From: Octopus vulgaris
Taxonomy: Eukaryota
DNA length: 64,000 nucleotides
Direction of reading: 5' to 3'
Assembly: GCA_951406725.2 (NCBI GenBank)
Contig: OX597822.1
Location: 2,914,001-2,978,000, forward strand
Positions 13,551 through 26,819 of this stretch are shown piece by piece. The notes beneath the pieces were generated by a model. It was not told the DNA's origin and ran no database searches. It saw only the letters and a list, made by a program, of their open reading frames with translations. How positions within the stretch are numbered: position 1 is the first letter of the stretch; each line of letters opens with the position of its first letter. Both the position numbers and the translations under genes were made by a program.

Positions 13551-14130
13551 TTTGGCCTTCCGTCAGCCCTTTTTGACCGAGGATAAAGGTCCTAGTCGTC
13601 TAGCCCGCTGGTGTTGCAGTCTCTCCAGTATTGGCGTTGGATATGATGCAAGCGTGGACAGTATGTGAAGGAGGACAGATTGTTGCCCATGCAACTTGTT
13701 TCTCCAATTCACGTCATTGATAGATGCAGAGGAACAAACAGCATGGCTGTTACCATTTGGCACCAGTGCTGTCGCAAGTGTGGCCTGAGCGAGGTTGTAG
13801 ACAACGTCAAACAGCCCCATGGACTCCAAGTTTCTGAAGGTTTTACTCGCGAAAAAACTTTCCTATCATTGAGTATGGCTGTATAGCAGCGGAAGTTTGA
13901 AATTGGGGTTTCCCTTTCCCTAGTTAAATTCCCCCACTCCCACCCCAGGATAACGAGATCCATTTGTCCGAGTGACCCATAGCTAGGATCCTAACGAGTT
14001 TTCCTACTCCGGGTCAGAGCAATCCTGATAACAACAGTTGACAAGTAGTGGGTCTACATTCTTCAGAACCCTGAAACTCCCGATTCAGGGCCCTATTTCT
14101 GGATGCAGTATAAAGTCATACCCAAGACAG
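13551..14130 (-). mobile_element. Decayed non-autonomous RTE-derived element (RTE 5'-UTR-like sequence joined to an RTE-like 3' end)
   Basis: Minus strand CTAGGGAAAGGGAAACCCCAATTTCAAACTTCCGCTGC resembles the RTE 5'-UTR motif CTAGGAGAAGGAAAACTCTGATTTCAAACC (from recall). 13660-13780 aligns by eye with the body of SINE family C. Confidence 0.6.
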
Positions 14131-14879
14131 GCTACAAATGCCTGTGAAATGCTCAGCCACTTGCATGGTCATATCTGTCTTACAGATTGCCATAAAATTA
14201 CGCTGTTAATACATAAGTTTGTGGTATACCCAGCCACTTATAATACAGTGAATGAGTAGTAACCGAACAATCGAAATAATGATGATCGAGCCCCAACGAA
14301 GGGCCCGTTTAAATATGATGTTCTCTTTATAGCGACCAGATTAGCCTTGATCAAACAGACATATGAGTGAAGACTGACAAATGTATCCGTCTTCATTCAT
14401 AATGGCACAGTATGAAGATGCGTGGCTTAACGTTTACGTTGTTCGACCTCATGTTCGTAAAGTAATCAGTTCAGTTTCTGGACAAGGTGATGCATTCAGT
14501 CCTTGAGCAAGACACTTCGTTACATCTTCCTTCTGTGTATTCAGCCGAAAGTTAAAACTAACCAAGGTGCTGTCGCAGCCCTCTTTCTCCCTCAAGTTAT
14601 TACCTTCTTAATGATTCTTTTGAATCAAGGATGAAGGATCGAGCGTAGCACACCCGGCAACTTCATACCGGTACCACCATTAGTTCATTGAGTGAATGGA
14701 ATTGTTTGGTGTAAATGCTACGTGTCTGTTCCTGGGTGGAACGATTTATAGGGTGTCAGTCTAAATCTATTGCGATATTTACTTGCTCTGTCAGATTTTA
14801 ATGTGTGTATGGTTTAACAAGCTAAAATTACTACTATTTTTATTCTTATTTTTGTGTTTGTAATTTAATTTCACATTAG

Positions 14880-15740
14880 TCCGATCCAGAAGTGCCCCTT
14901 AATTTTAGAAGGAACTCCAGCATACAGTCCGGTTGTGCGCGGCAGCGTTCCTTCATTGCGGTTGCCCTTCTGTATATTATATTTTAGCAGTCCTCCTTAT
15001 GGATGTTGGCCTTCTTACATACTATAACCCGGCAGCATTCCTTGCTTTTCGCAAGTTATAGCCCAGCAGTGCTTCTTGAGTGTTTTAGGATCTCGAATGG
15101 TTTAGTGGTTAGAGAGTCACAATCATCGGGTAGTGAGTTCGATTCTCAGACTGGGCTGTGTTTGTGTTCTTGAGCAAGACACTTTACTTCACATTGTTCC
15201 AGTTCACTTAGTTGTAGAAATGAGTTGCAACGTCACTGGCGCCAAAGCTGTATCGGCCTTTACCTATCCTTTGGATGACATCAATGGTATGAAAGGGCAG
15301 GCTGGTATGCATGGGCGACAGTTGGTCTACCATAAACAACCTTGCTGGGACTTGTGATTCGGAAGGTAACTTTCTAGGTGCAATCCCATGGTCATTCAAG
15401 ACCAAGGAGGTTTTTACATTATAGTCAAATTATTGGCTATAATTATATTATAGTCGATCCATGATTGTGTTACTTCTTGAATGTTATAGTCCGGCAGTGG
15501 TCCTTGAGTGTTGTAGGCTGTCCAACAGATTATAAATCGGCAGTGCTCCTTCACTGTCGTAGCCACCCTCTACATATTAAAGTCTAGAGGTCCTCCTTGC
15601 TTGTTGTAAATCCTCCTACACATAATCCGGCAATGATCCTTGAGTGTTGTAGGGTTTTCTATGCAGTGATCCTTGATTGTTGTAAGTCTGCCTCCACATA
15701 ATCCGGCAGTGACCATTGAGGTACTATGGGTACTCCAACA
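14880..15740 (+). repeat. Degenerate minisatellite, unit about 45-47 bp, interrupted by a SINE
   Basis: Recurrent (TA)TAATCCGGCAGTG-TCCTTGAGTGTTGTAGG-like unit on both sides of the SINE at 15098-15417. Confidence 0.7.
15098..15417 (+). mobile_element. SINE family C (tRNA head, V/CORE-like segment, RTE-derived body and tail)
   Basis: Aligns with 56403-56741. Confidence 0.85.
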
Positions 15741-16403
15741 CTAATGAAGTTATTGCATTCTACGTTCTGTTAGAGTTGGGGGTTGGGGTGGGGGATAAAT
15801 ATGAACTGAATGAAAGAATCAATAGGATTCAGGTGTCGGGGTAGAGATGTCTGGGTAGAAATTGACAGCAGAGATGAGAAAATAGCGAATACATCGATCG
15901 GATGAACATGGATGAGAGTGAAACACGGTTTGGTGCATCAGCGGAAAGATGAATAATCGTAGCAGCGATGGAGGAGGAGGAGATGAATGCCAGCCAGCCC
16001 GGTGTAGGCTAAGGTTACAGTGTTGGATTTACATAGTCTGTGAATGTGTGTGTGTGTGTATGTGTGTGTGTGTGCGTGTGTGTAGATGAGCGTGTTGCGC
16101 GTGTTTTCTTAGTACGATATTCGGGACTTTTCAAGGTTGCAGTTTAAAGCCTTCGTTAAGGTAACTAGGTACATAGTCAGTAATTATGGGTACAAATGGG
16201 GTAGAATCGGGGCGTGTAAACTCTTCAGGTCCCGGAGTGGGGGTCACTTGCAAATGTTCTCTCCTCTCGTTCTCATTGCTTTTTATTTACATCAAAATGA
16301 AACGTTCACATCTGCTTGGCAGCTGATTTCCACAACAAACATATGTTTTATGATAGGAGGCGAGGCGGCTGAGAATTCAGATAATTGCGTCTGGTCTTTG
16401 TTG

Positions 16404-16449
<46 letters not shown>

Positions 16450-18129
16450 ACACACACACATACACACACACACACACATATATATATGTAGGGAGAGAAA
16501 GAGAACAGTCGAAAGAGCTCGATGATGTTAATGATGATAGAGTAAAATATATTTCTTATAGCGGTGGGAGTGACAGACTGACTTCCGAGTTTCACCTGTC
16601 TAAAGACTAATTGTACGGACTGTTTGAAAAGTCTCAAGGCAGGTGATGTGTGTGTGTGTGCGCGCGCGCGCGTATCTATGTCTATAAAGCACACACAGCT
16701 TCATATATGTTTGTATATATACACAGTATATGAGTTTTAATATATTTTATGGGTTTTAATATATTTTATGGGTTTTAATGTATTTATGATTATTGTTAGC
16801 AGGCCGGATGAAATGCTTAGCGGCCTTTTCTCCGTTTTTATGTTCTGAGTTCGAATTCCGCTGAGGCCCATTTTGCTTTTCATCCGTTTGGAGTTCGATA
16901 AAATAAATACCATAAAAACACTGGGGTCCATGCAATTGACTTACCTGTCCCCCACCCCAAATTGTTGACCTTGTGCCAAAATTTGAAATCAATCTATGCA
17001 TGTTTGTGTGTGCTTGTGTTTGTGAGTGCGTGCGTGCGCATACCAGAATGGGTTTATGTTGCATGGGTTTTTGTTAAAAGGGTTTATGTTAAAAAAAAAA
17101 AAAAAGACAGCCACAAACCCGGGTATCGTCGGCCGTAATGCAGAGGGAGAGGAAGCTAATTAAATACTGGACCATCAGCGCTATTTGTTTGTAGCGGTCG
17201 CTGTTGAGAGCTCAGACATTCTCGGGCTCCACACTGCGGATTCGGGATGATAGCGGTGCCTGAGTAACGAGTCCTGCGAGATGGCCTGACTGTTGTTGTT
17301 TTTAAGCAACAAGACGGGTAAGGGTGATTAGGTGATGGTCTAGGGCTTAGGGGCAGGAGACCCCAGACCTTGGAAAAGCAACAAAAAAAAAAAACTTTGG
17401 CCGTCTTGTTGTAGTCAAGGGCTCTTCGTTGACGCCCGTCACCACTGGGAGGTGGCCCTCGAAGTCGCTTGAAGGGCCTGGCTGTTGCAGCGAGTGTCGC
17501 CGGCCATTCTTCACGGCTATGCCTCTTGCTATCTTGTCCGCGGGGCGCGACTATACTCGCCGTTCGGACTAAGGTGTACAGCCTCTCTCTTCTTTTCTTT
17601 CTGCCATTGTTATCGTTGCTTAATTCCGTTTTTTACTTATTTTATTATTATTTTTGTGTGTGTGTGTTTTTCCTTGTTGAAGGGATTTGGGGGTTGCTGC
17701 TTTGACGATTGATTTGATTTCACTTATATGTTCCTAAAGCGAAAGGTCGCCTTAATTGATCTATAATTTGATTTTTAATTCTTTTACTTTTTATCTTTGT
17801 TTCAATCAATTTATCCTTAAAAAATGGACAGTTCAAATAAATTCTATAGCACAACAGCTATACGGCCAAAAGACCGACAATTTACAAATTTGTCTCACAC
17901 ACACACACACACACACATACAGATATACAAATACATATACACGCACATAGTTTTCTCTCTCTACCACTTTCTCTATATTTGATAAACACAGGCACACACA
18001 TAAACACACGCACACAAAGACATTTCTACAAGGAGATCTGTAAACGTACACAGCAACTGGTTTCATTCATTCTTTAATTCCGCCATTCCGACATTTGTAT
18101 CCTTTTCCCGGTATCTTGTCTTCCTGCTT

Positions 18130-18169
<40 letters not shown>

Positions 18170-18510
18170 TCCTTCTCTCTCTCTCTCTCTTCTCCATCTC
18201 TCTCACTTTCTTACTCTTATCTCTCACTCTCTTTCCTTTCTTTCACTCTCAGAGATTTTCCTTTTCTTTCCTTCTCTCCTTGTTCCTTATCTTTTATTCG
18301 TTTCTTGTCCCATTCCTCGCTTTCTCATTCCGTTTTGCCTTCTTTCATTGTTTTCTTTCTCTCATTCATTCTGTCTTTCTTCGTCTTTTTCATATATTTT
18401 TCATTCCTTCCTTGTTTACATTATATTTCTCCTCAAATTTCGCTGCCCTGCTTTCCTTTTTCCATTCATAATGGAGCGACTATACATACATACATACATA
18501 CATACATACA

Positions 18511-18544
<34 letters not shown>

Positions 18545-18606
18545 CATACATACACACATAAATACATACATACACACACACATACATACATACATACAAA
18601 CATACA

Positions 18607-18642
<36 letters not shown>

Positions 18643-18869
18643 CACACATACACACATACATACATACATACATATATACACACATACATACATACATACA
18701 TACTTACATACATATATACATACATACTTACTTACTTACTTACATACATACATACATACGTATATAGATCTATACATGCACTCGCATACATATGCATACA
18801 CACATACAAGTATACATATGTGTGCATGTATACATATATATGTGTTTGTATCTCTCTCTCTCTCTCTCT

Positions 18870-18919
<50 letters not shown>

Positions 18920-19687
18920 ATAAATACACACATATTTATTCATATATGTAGTATCTATACCTGTGTAGACACACATTCAAACATTCATTCATAAATTCAT
19001 TCACTCTTGTCATTTGTATATTTTATTCTCATTCATTCATAATAATATACGTTGTTCGTTCATTCATTCCTTCACTCTTTCATTCACCTATTTCTTCTTA
19101 GTATACATTCATTCTTATCTCCATTGATTCATTGGTTCATTCATTGTCGTTTCTTTACCATTTTCATTCACTTAAGTCTTTTAAATGGAATACTTTAAGT
19201 CAGTTATTCATTAATCGAAAATTCTTCATTTCTCTCCTTCTCACTTACTGGTATCCTCCTCCTTCTCCTCATCTTCCTCCCCCTCAATTACTTCCTACTC
19301 GTTCTTCTATAAGTCTTCTTCCTCACTTCTCTCTTCACTCCTTCTCCTCCTCCTCCGCCTCCTCCTCCTCATTTCCTTCTACCTCCGCCTCTTATTCCCC
19401 CTCAACCTTTTCTCCCCCCCTTATCCTCCACCTCTTTTACTACCACTCCTACCTCCATGCTTCATCATCATCATCATCATCATCTTCAGCCACTTCCACC
19501 GCCCCTCCTTTCCTTCGCTTCCCCTCGTCCTTGTCCTCTTTCTTCCCCACTTTGCCTCTCTTCCTCTTTTAACTTCTCCCCCTCTCTCTCCCTCTGTCTC
19601 TCTCTATACGCGATTACTATGAACATTTTTACTCCCTTACCTTTACTCCCTCCCTTTACTTACCGGTCATTCAAATAGTCCTTTTGT

Positions 19688-19921
19688 CTTACTAACGTTC
19701 AATCACACAGTAATTTCCCTTTGTTTAACGGTCATTTTCATAGCATTTTTTTCGATGGCCCTATAACTGAGGAGATGCCGGCGTGGGTTTCCGCCTCAAC
19801 ATCCGAAACTCGGAGTTTTATCATGGCTAACGAATAATTGTCACATATATTTACAGATAAATTCCTCTGTTTACATAATATTGAGGTCTCTCTCATTCTT
19901 TTGTTGTCTTACCATTTTTAC
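19688..19921 (+). mobile_element. Penelope-like repeat carrying a hammerhead motif at 19763-19821
   Basis: Same family as 38898-39215. ATAA-CTGAGGA-GATG...CATC-C-GAAA-CTCGGAG-TT-TTAT. Confidence 0.65.
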
Positions 19922-19924
19922 CAG

Positions 19925-20030
<106 letters not shown>

Positions 20031-20113
20031 CATATATATATAAAATTGACCCCTAATTGATTCGGTCCTTTGTACACTCCGGCTGACCTATGTAGCAAGC
20101 CTTCGTGATGTGA

Positions 20114-20185
<72 letters not shown>

Positions 20186-20776
20186 TTATCTGTCTGTCTG
20201 TCTATGTACGTATGTAGGTCGGATAAGTGAGTATCTGTCTTTAGAAGAACATCGGCTGAGCCAGTGAATAATTATGAGAATGTGTGCATGTCCGTTGTGG
20301 TAACCTGTTGTAAACCTTATATGTGGTCCTGTTTTATCTATCTGAGGTCTATTATTCATGTCGATAGTCAACGATGATACTGACTGCTCAACGAGAAGTT
20401 GTGCATCCACAGTGAACATGGTTCGCAGGGAAATTCGGCGTGACCCAGAATTACAGGTGAAACCCATTTTTGGCCAGCTGAGCGGTCTGGTGCTAGGTGA
20501 AATATAGTATCTTGCACACGGATGCAACGTGCTTTTAGCAATTGAAATCACGACCTTACTATCGAGAAGTGAATATCTTAACAACTGAGCCACGCGCCTT
20601 CACACACACACACAATTATAAATCGATTGAAATTTATGAGTGATTCGAAGATCGCGTGTTACGCGCATGCCACTTACGAACTTGATTCAGTTTGTTCAGT
20701 TTCATACAACGCGTGTGTGCGTTTGTGTGTGTGTGTTACTTCGTAGAATATATGAATCTTTCTCTAAGAAACGTCC

Positions 20777-21204
20777 AGATCTTTTCGGTTTGAACGGCAG
20801 TTTTTATTAATAATTTCCACGTAACTAAAAAATTTGAAACTTCGTATACCGGTAGAATGTGTTTATAAAACATCTTTTTCTCTTGGCTTTATTGAGAAAA
20901 TTCTATAGTTTGTAAGATATTTGTTGTTGTTTTTCTTCAATTTCTGCAATTTCAACCAATCAAATACGTCTATTGAGGTAAAAGTCATTCTGTGCCGTAT
21001 GAATATGTCCCTTGTTTAAGAAACAGATTGGGTTTATTTACATTTGTGAAGAAAAAAAGATACCCTTCCCCCCACCGCTAACCCTAACTAACCCTAATCC
21101 TAAAACAGATTGAAATGCAATAGATCGATACCAGGGTCATAATTATGGGTGACAATTTCATATGACACCGCTACAAAAAACTGCCGTTCAAACCGAAAAG
21201 ATCC
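20777..21204. mobile_element. Merlin-like MITE with 8-bp TSD
   Basis: TIR (G)GATCTTTTCGGTTTGAACGGCAG. TSD AAACGTCC at 20769-20776 and 21205-21212. Internal CCCTAA repeats. Oriented opposite to the other three copies. Confidence 0.85.
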
Positions 21205-21301
21205 AAACGTCCTGATATAACTGTCTATAGATATTATCAAGATATCAATCGCTTTCTCTCTTTCTCTCTCTCTCTCTCTCCACACACACACACACACACA
21301 C

Positions 21302-21366
<65 letters not shown>

Positions 21367-21638
21367 TGTATGTCTCTCTCTGTCTCTATCTATTTATTTA
21401 TCACTCTATCTATTTGTCTACCTGTCTGTCAATTTATTTATTCATCTCTCTATATATATATATGTTGGCCTGCTCGCTTAGCCAGCGGCGTGGCGTCATT
21501 TGAAGGCTAAAACAATGCAAAGCGCATTGTGGCCAGCGATGTGTAGCAACATCTGATAGCCTGGTCGGTCACGGTGGTCACGGTGATATATATATGTATG
21601 TACGTGTGTATGTATGTACGTACGTACGTACTTATGTC

Positions 21639-21704
<66 letters not shown>

Positions 21705-21883
21705 AAACTGCTGTCTGTCTATCTGTCTGTCCGTCCCTCCCTCTGTCCGACTGTCAGTCTGTCCGTGTATCTGTCTGCCTTTCATATCTGATCTTTTTTT
21801 CCTGTCTATCTATTTAACTTATTACTCCATCATATTTTGCGAAACCATTTTCTCACTCTCTTTTTTCTCCTTCTTTCGTGTAG

Positions 21884-21927
21884 GGTAAAGTGGAATACCT
21901 TATAAAATGGAAAGGCTGGTCCATCAG
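21884..21927 (+). CDS. Pc: Internal 44-nt coding exon of a Polycomb/CBX2-4-6-7-8-type chromodomain gene (GKVEYLIKWKGWSI, then AG|), phase 0 to phase 2
   Basis: Polypyrimidine tract plus TAG acceptor (21849-21883) and GTAGGT donor at 21928. Translation GKVEYLIKWKGWSI matches the chromodomain core. KGW rather than HP1-type KGF/Y, the 44-nt length and the 0/2 phases match exon 2 of vertebrate CBX4/6/7/8 as I recall it. Flanking exons were not found in the window. Confidence 0.88.
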
Positions 21928-22063
21928 GTAGGTGTTTCGATTTTTAACTCTTCAGTACACTTCTATTGTTCTCCGTCTCTCCATAGTTTCTCTAAAATAC
22001 GTCGGCCATCAATCAGCACCTCGTGGTTAGTGTTACTGTTTAAACCTAGACCAGCTGTGACTG

Positions 22064-22116
<53 letters not shown>

Positions 22117-22599
22117 TTATAAACAAGGGCTAAAGATAATTATTTCTATGCCAATATGCTGATAACAGACTTTAAATCGTCAATTTCCACATATTATTTA
22201 CTCGCTACAGAAAACACGTATAGCTGAAATCGAGGAAAGCTGGCCAATAGATTTTTTTTTAAAGTTCGTTATTTCTATATTGAATCAATTTCGGAATAAA
22301 TCTCATAATAGATTTTTCCTTATATATATATATGAACTTAGCAGCGTTCTGTTCATCATATATGCAGTAATCACATTCAGTTAAAATGGCTTTTTGGTGT
22401 GTTTTGTTTCTCTTTTTTTTTCCCTGATAAAAAGATCGCATTGTTTTACATCATTTTATTTCTTCTAGAATGATACCAATGTTTTCTTCGAAACATATGT
22501 CGGAGGTATTAAGATTTGAATAACACTTGCGTTTAACTCCATTTCTTTATTTATCTATGATATATGTTATATATATGTATATATACTTTGTTGTCTCCC

Positions 22600-22845
22600 C
22601 GACTTCTTACCTCTCGTGTGTGACGCTTCTGTCTGGCTGTCATCATGATAGATCGTTAGCCACTACACAAATTTTTTTTTCTCTCCTTGTTTCTTTCCTT
22701 GTTTTTTCTGTGTCCCTTTCTGTAGAAGAGTGTAGGCTCGAAACGTAACAGACGTTTTCTAATCTTGAGCGTTATACTAATACTTCTGTTTGTTTTGTAC
22801 ACCACCTGTCTTCATCTTTTGCTTTTTTTTTCGTAAACTCTTCAT
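22600..22845 (+). mobile_element. Penelope-like terminal-repeat remnant with a variant hammerhead motif
   Basis: 22717-22750: TTT-CTGTAGA-A-GAGT gtag GCTC-GAAA-CG-TA. Related to the 6821-7030 remnant. Confidence 0.5.
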
Positions 22846-22846
22846 A

Positions 22847-22913
<67 letters not shown>

Positions 22914-22920
22914 TGTATAC

Positions 22921-22963
<43 letters not shown>

Positions 22964-23232
22964 TATATATGTTATATATAATATATATATATATTATATA
23001 TATAACATATATAATATATAATATATGAAATATATATATATATATATATATACACACATTTAAACATGCATAAATTTTTAAGCCTGAATAGTTCCACATA
23101 TCTAATATAGTGTGTATGTGTGTGTGCGTGTGTTTGTGAGTATGAAAATGTATGTATGTATATGTGTGTATGTATATATCTATGCACACACACAATCACA
23201 CATATATACCTCTATACGCAAACAGTCCCGCC

Positions 23233-23264
<32 letters not shown>

Positions 23265-23659
23265 TGTACACACACACCTACACATTGTTTGTAATATGTC
23301 CGTCCTTCTTTTAAGCCGTCGGAATTGTGATTTGAGGATTTGGTTAGTATTTCTAGCACAACAATAGACCAGATTGATTGTTCTTCACACTTGTGATGTG
23401 AATGATGAAGATGATGGTAATGATGATGGTGATGCGAAACGCTTTTATGTTTAAAGCCCTAAGAGCGTCTCATGCAAGAAGACCTATTACGTGAGGTATT
23501 CTAACCGCGACCACCACGCCTCGTTAAGTGTATCGAGATTTACATTATTCGGTGTAATCTGTATTTATGTCGGTGCGACTTGGAGATTTAGCTGCTGTTT
23601 CTTGCAAAACGAAGAAGCCACGTAGAAGCTTTCTCGTTGGCTAATTAGTACTTCTGTAC

Positions 23660-24690
23660 TTAGGTGGTGGTCGTCGTCATCGTGGAGATTGCTGCGTTGG
23701 CGGAGGTGGTTGTACTGGTGACTATTCTGGTGGTAGGTGGTGGTGGTGGTGGTGGTGGTGGTGGTGGTGGTGGTGATGGTAGTGGTGGTGGTGGTGGTGG
23801 TGTTGTTGAAAATATTCGAGGTGGCTGTGATGGTCGTTGTTGGTGTTATAGTGATGGTTGGTCATGGTGGTGACGCTATAGGTGATGGTGGGGATTGTGG
23901 TGATGGCCATGGTGGATGTGCTGGTGGTGGTGATGGTTGTGGTTGTGGTGGAGGAGATTATTGTTGTTATGGTGATCGTATATTCGGGATGATGTTGATG
24001 ATGACGATGGTGGTGATGGAAGCGTTGGCGTTTACTGTTATCGTTGTAGTGATTAGGATGATGATGATGATGTTGGTGTTCATTGTGGTGGTGTTGGTGG
24101 TGGTGGTGATGTTTATGATGGTGGTGTTGAAGGAGGTGGTAGGGGTGGTGGTAGTGGCGGTTGTGGTGGCAGTGGTGGTGTTAGTGGTGGTGTTAGCGGT
24201 GGTGGTAGTGGTGGTGGTGGTGGTGGTGGTGGTGGTAGTGGTAGTAGTGATGGTGGCAGTGGTGGTGTTAGTGGTGGTGTTAGTGGTGGTGGTAGTGGTG
24301 GTGGTAGTGGTGGTAGTGGTAGTGGTGGTGGTAGTGGTTGTAGTGATAGTGGTGGTGTTAGTAGTGGTAGTGGTGGTAGTGGTGGTAGTGGTGGTGTTAG
24401 TAGTGGTGGTGGTAGTGGTGGTAGTGGTAGTGGTGGTAGTGGTAGTGGTAGTGGTGGTGGTAGTGGTGGTGGTAGTGGTAGCAGTGGTAGCGGTGGTAGT
24501 AACGGTTACGACCATAGTTGTGATGGCGGTGGTAGCAGTGGTGGCAGTGGTTATTGTGGTGATGATGGTGGTCATGTGTGGTGGCGTTGATGGTGACAAT
24601 GGTATTGATAGCAGTGTTGGTGCTGGTGGTTGTAGTGGTGGTGGTGGTGGTGGTGGTGGTAGTAGTGGTGGTGGTGCTGTGTGTGTGTAC
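23660..24690 (+). repeat. About 1-kb (GGT/AGT/GAT)n trinucleotide low-complexity tract
   Basis: Directly visible; explains the poly-Val, poly-Thr and poly-His ORFs. A similar tract lies at about 27380-27620. Confidence 0.95.
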
Positions 24691-24818
24691 AGCTTCGTGT
24701 AACACCGATCTGCTGACTGGCGATTATACTACAGCTGTTACGTTTCATTTTTTATTTCAAAATCGATAGTTCAATACAGTGCCACGCAGCCACATGCGAG
24801 TAGATATGTACTCACTGA

Positions 24819-24905
<87 letters not shown>

Positions 24906-25132
24906 CTGTCTCGATTTTTGCTCTCTTTCTCTCGCCTCATTTCTCTCGCTTTCTCTTTCTCTCACTGTCTCTCTATGTCTGTCTGTCTGTGTGTCTGTTT
25001 GCATGTGTGTGTGTGTGTGTGCCTGTCTGTCTGTTTCTATCCATCTATCCATGTCTGCCTGTCCGTCTATCTATCTACCTATCCATCTATCTACCTACCT
25101 ACCTACCTACATACATACATAGACCTACATAC

Positions 25133-25166
<34 letters not shown>

Positions 25167-25224
25167 GTCTGTCTGTCTGTCTACCTGTCTGTCTGCCTGT
25201 CTGTCAAATCTATCTATCTCCAAA

Positions 25225-25281
<57 letters not shown>

Positions 25282-25636
25282 CGCGTGCGCACTAATTCCT
25301 TTTAATTGTTTCGGGCATTGGACTGTAGCCATGCTGGGGTGCCGCCTTAAATGGTTTTAGCTGTACAAATCAATCACTGTACTTGTCTTTTTTTTTGTTA
25401 ATATTGATGTTGATTTGTACGAATCTCACATCGGCTGTTATGTCGGTACTGGATGTCCGTGGAGACCCATACAGGGCGAAACCACGTGATCTGGCAGTTT
25501 CGGCGGAGGCAGGAAACGGTTCTCGTGTGCTGATGATATAAATACCAGTGCTTTTAGGCACCGCGAATCCATGAGAGGTTCTCCCAAGATAAATAGCACA
25601 GCATTCTGTATTATGACACAACGTCCACCTTAAGCA

Positions 25637-25734
<98 letters not shown>

Positions 25735-26768
25735 ATTCAAAAGGAATATAATAAACAAGCGTCTTAATGTTTTGAAAGCATTATTGAAATTTGGTGATGT
25801 CTTCTGAAACGGCCGTAGATATGGACCCCGAAGTACTTTTTCTGCTTTTGTCTTATTTTTTATTATTATTTAATTTTTATCCTTTTCGACCTTTTAGTCA
25901 CAATTTACATGTAACGATTTATTCTATGTTTTTTTTTGTCATCATACTATTCCATCCATATATATACATATATATATATATATATTTATGCTTTTGGGTT
26001 TTATCGTTGAATGCTCAGACGTTTTAAATATGTATTTTATGTGATAATATGGAAGTTTTATAAAGTTGTTTGACCAACTAAGACGCTTGTTTTTTTTTAT
26101 ATCGTTTTAAATATATTTTCTTTGTCGCAAGGAGCTAAACACAGAGAGGACAAACAAAGACAGACAAACGGATTAAGTCGATTACATCGACCCCAGTGAG
26201 TAACTGGTACTTAATTTATCGACCCCGAAAGTCTACCTTGTTTAAGCGTTTCTCCCGGCGTGCTAGAAGAAGAAGAAGAAGAAGAAGAAGAAGAAGAAGA
26301 AGAAGAAGAAGAAGAAGAAGAAGAAGAAGAAGAAGAAGAAGAAGAAGAAGGAGGAGGAGGAGGAAGAAGAGTAGGAGAAGGAGGAGGAGATAACGGTTGA
26401 ATGGTTGGTAAAATTTCGCTTCGCAATGAAATGGTCTTGCGTCCGATCTCTGTGTCTGTCACAGTGGGCAAATGCCTTTTAGTTTAACCTCTGGTCAATC
26501 CTTGGTAGTGTAATTTGGCGGACGGAGACCGTACAGAAACCCATGGAATAAATTATACCTGTAATGTAGGTGTTCAGTCTTGTTACACACTGTTACGCCT
26601 ATTCCGACTGAGGCTTACGTTCAGGGCTCGCATATCTGTGGAATACTCAACCACTGAGACGCTGAGTTAATGAGCTCGTGGCAGAATTGATCGATTAGCC
26701 GAATAGTCATCGAGAAAACTGACGGAGATCCGTTCGTCCCTCCATTCTTCTATCCATCCATCTACCCA

Positions 26769-26819
<51 letters not shown>

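Noticed and set aside
23737-24702. 321-aa poly-Val ORF and antisense mucin-like poly-Thr ORF
   Set aside because: Trinucleotide microsatellite with no convincing splice signals or domain.
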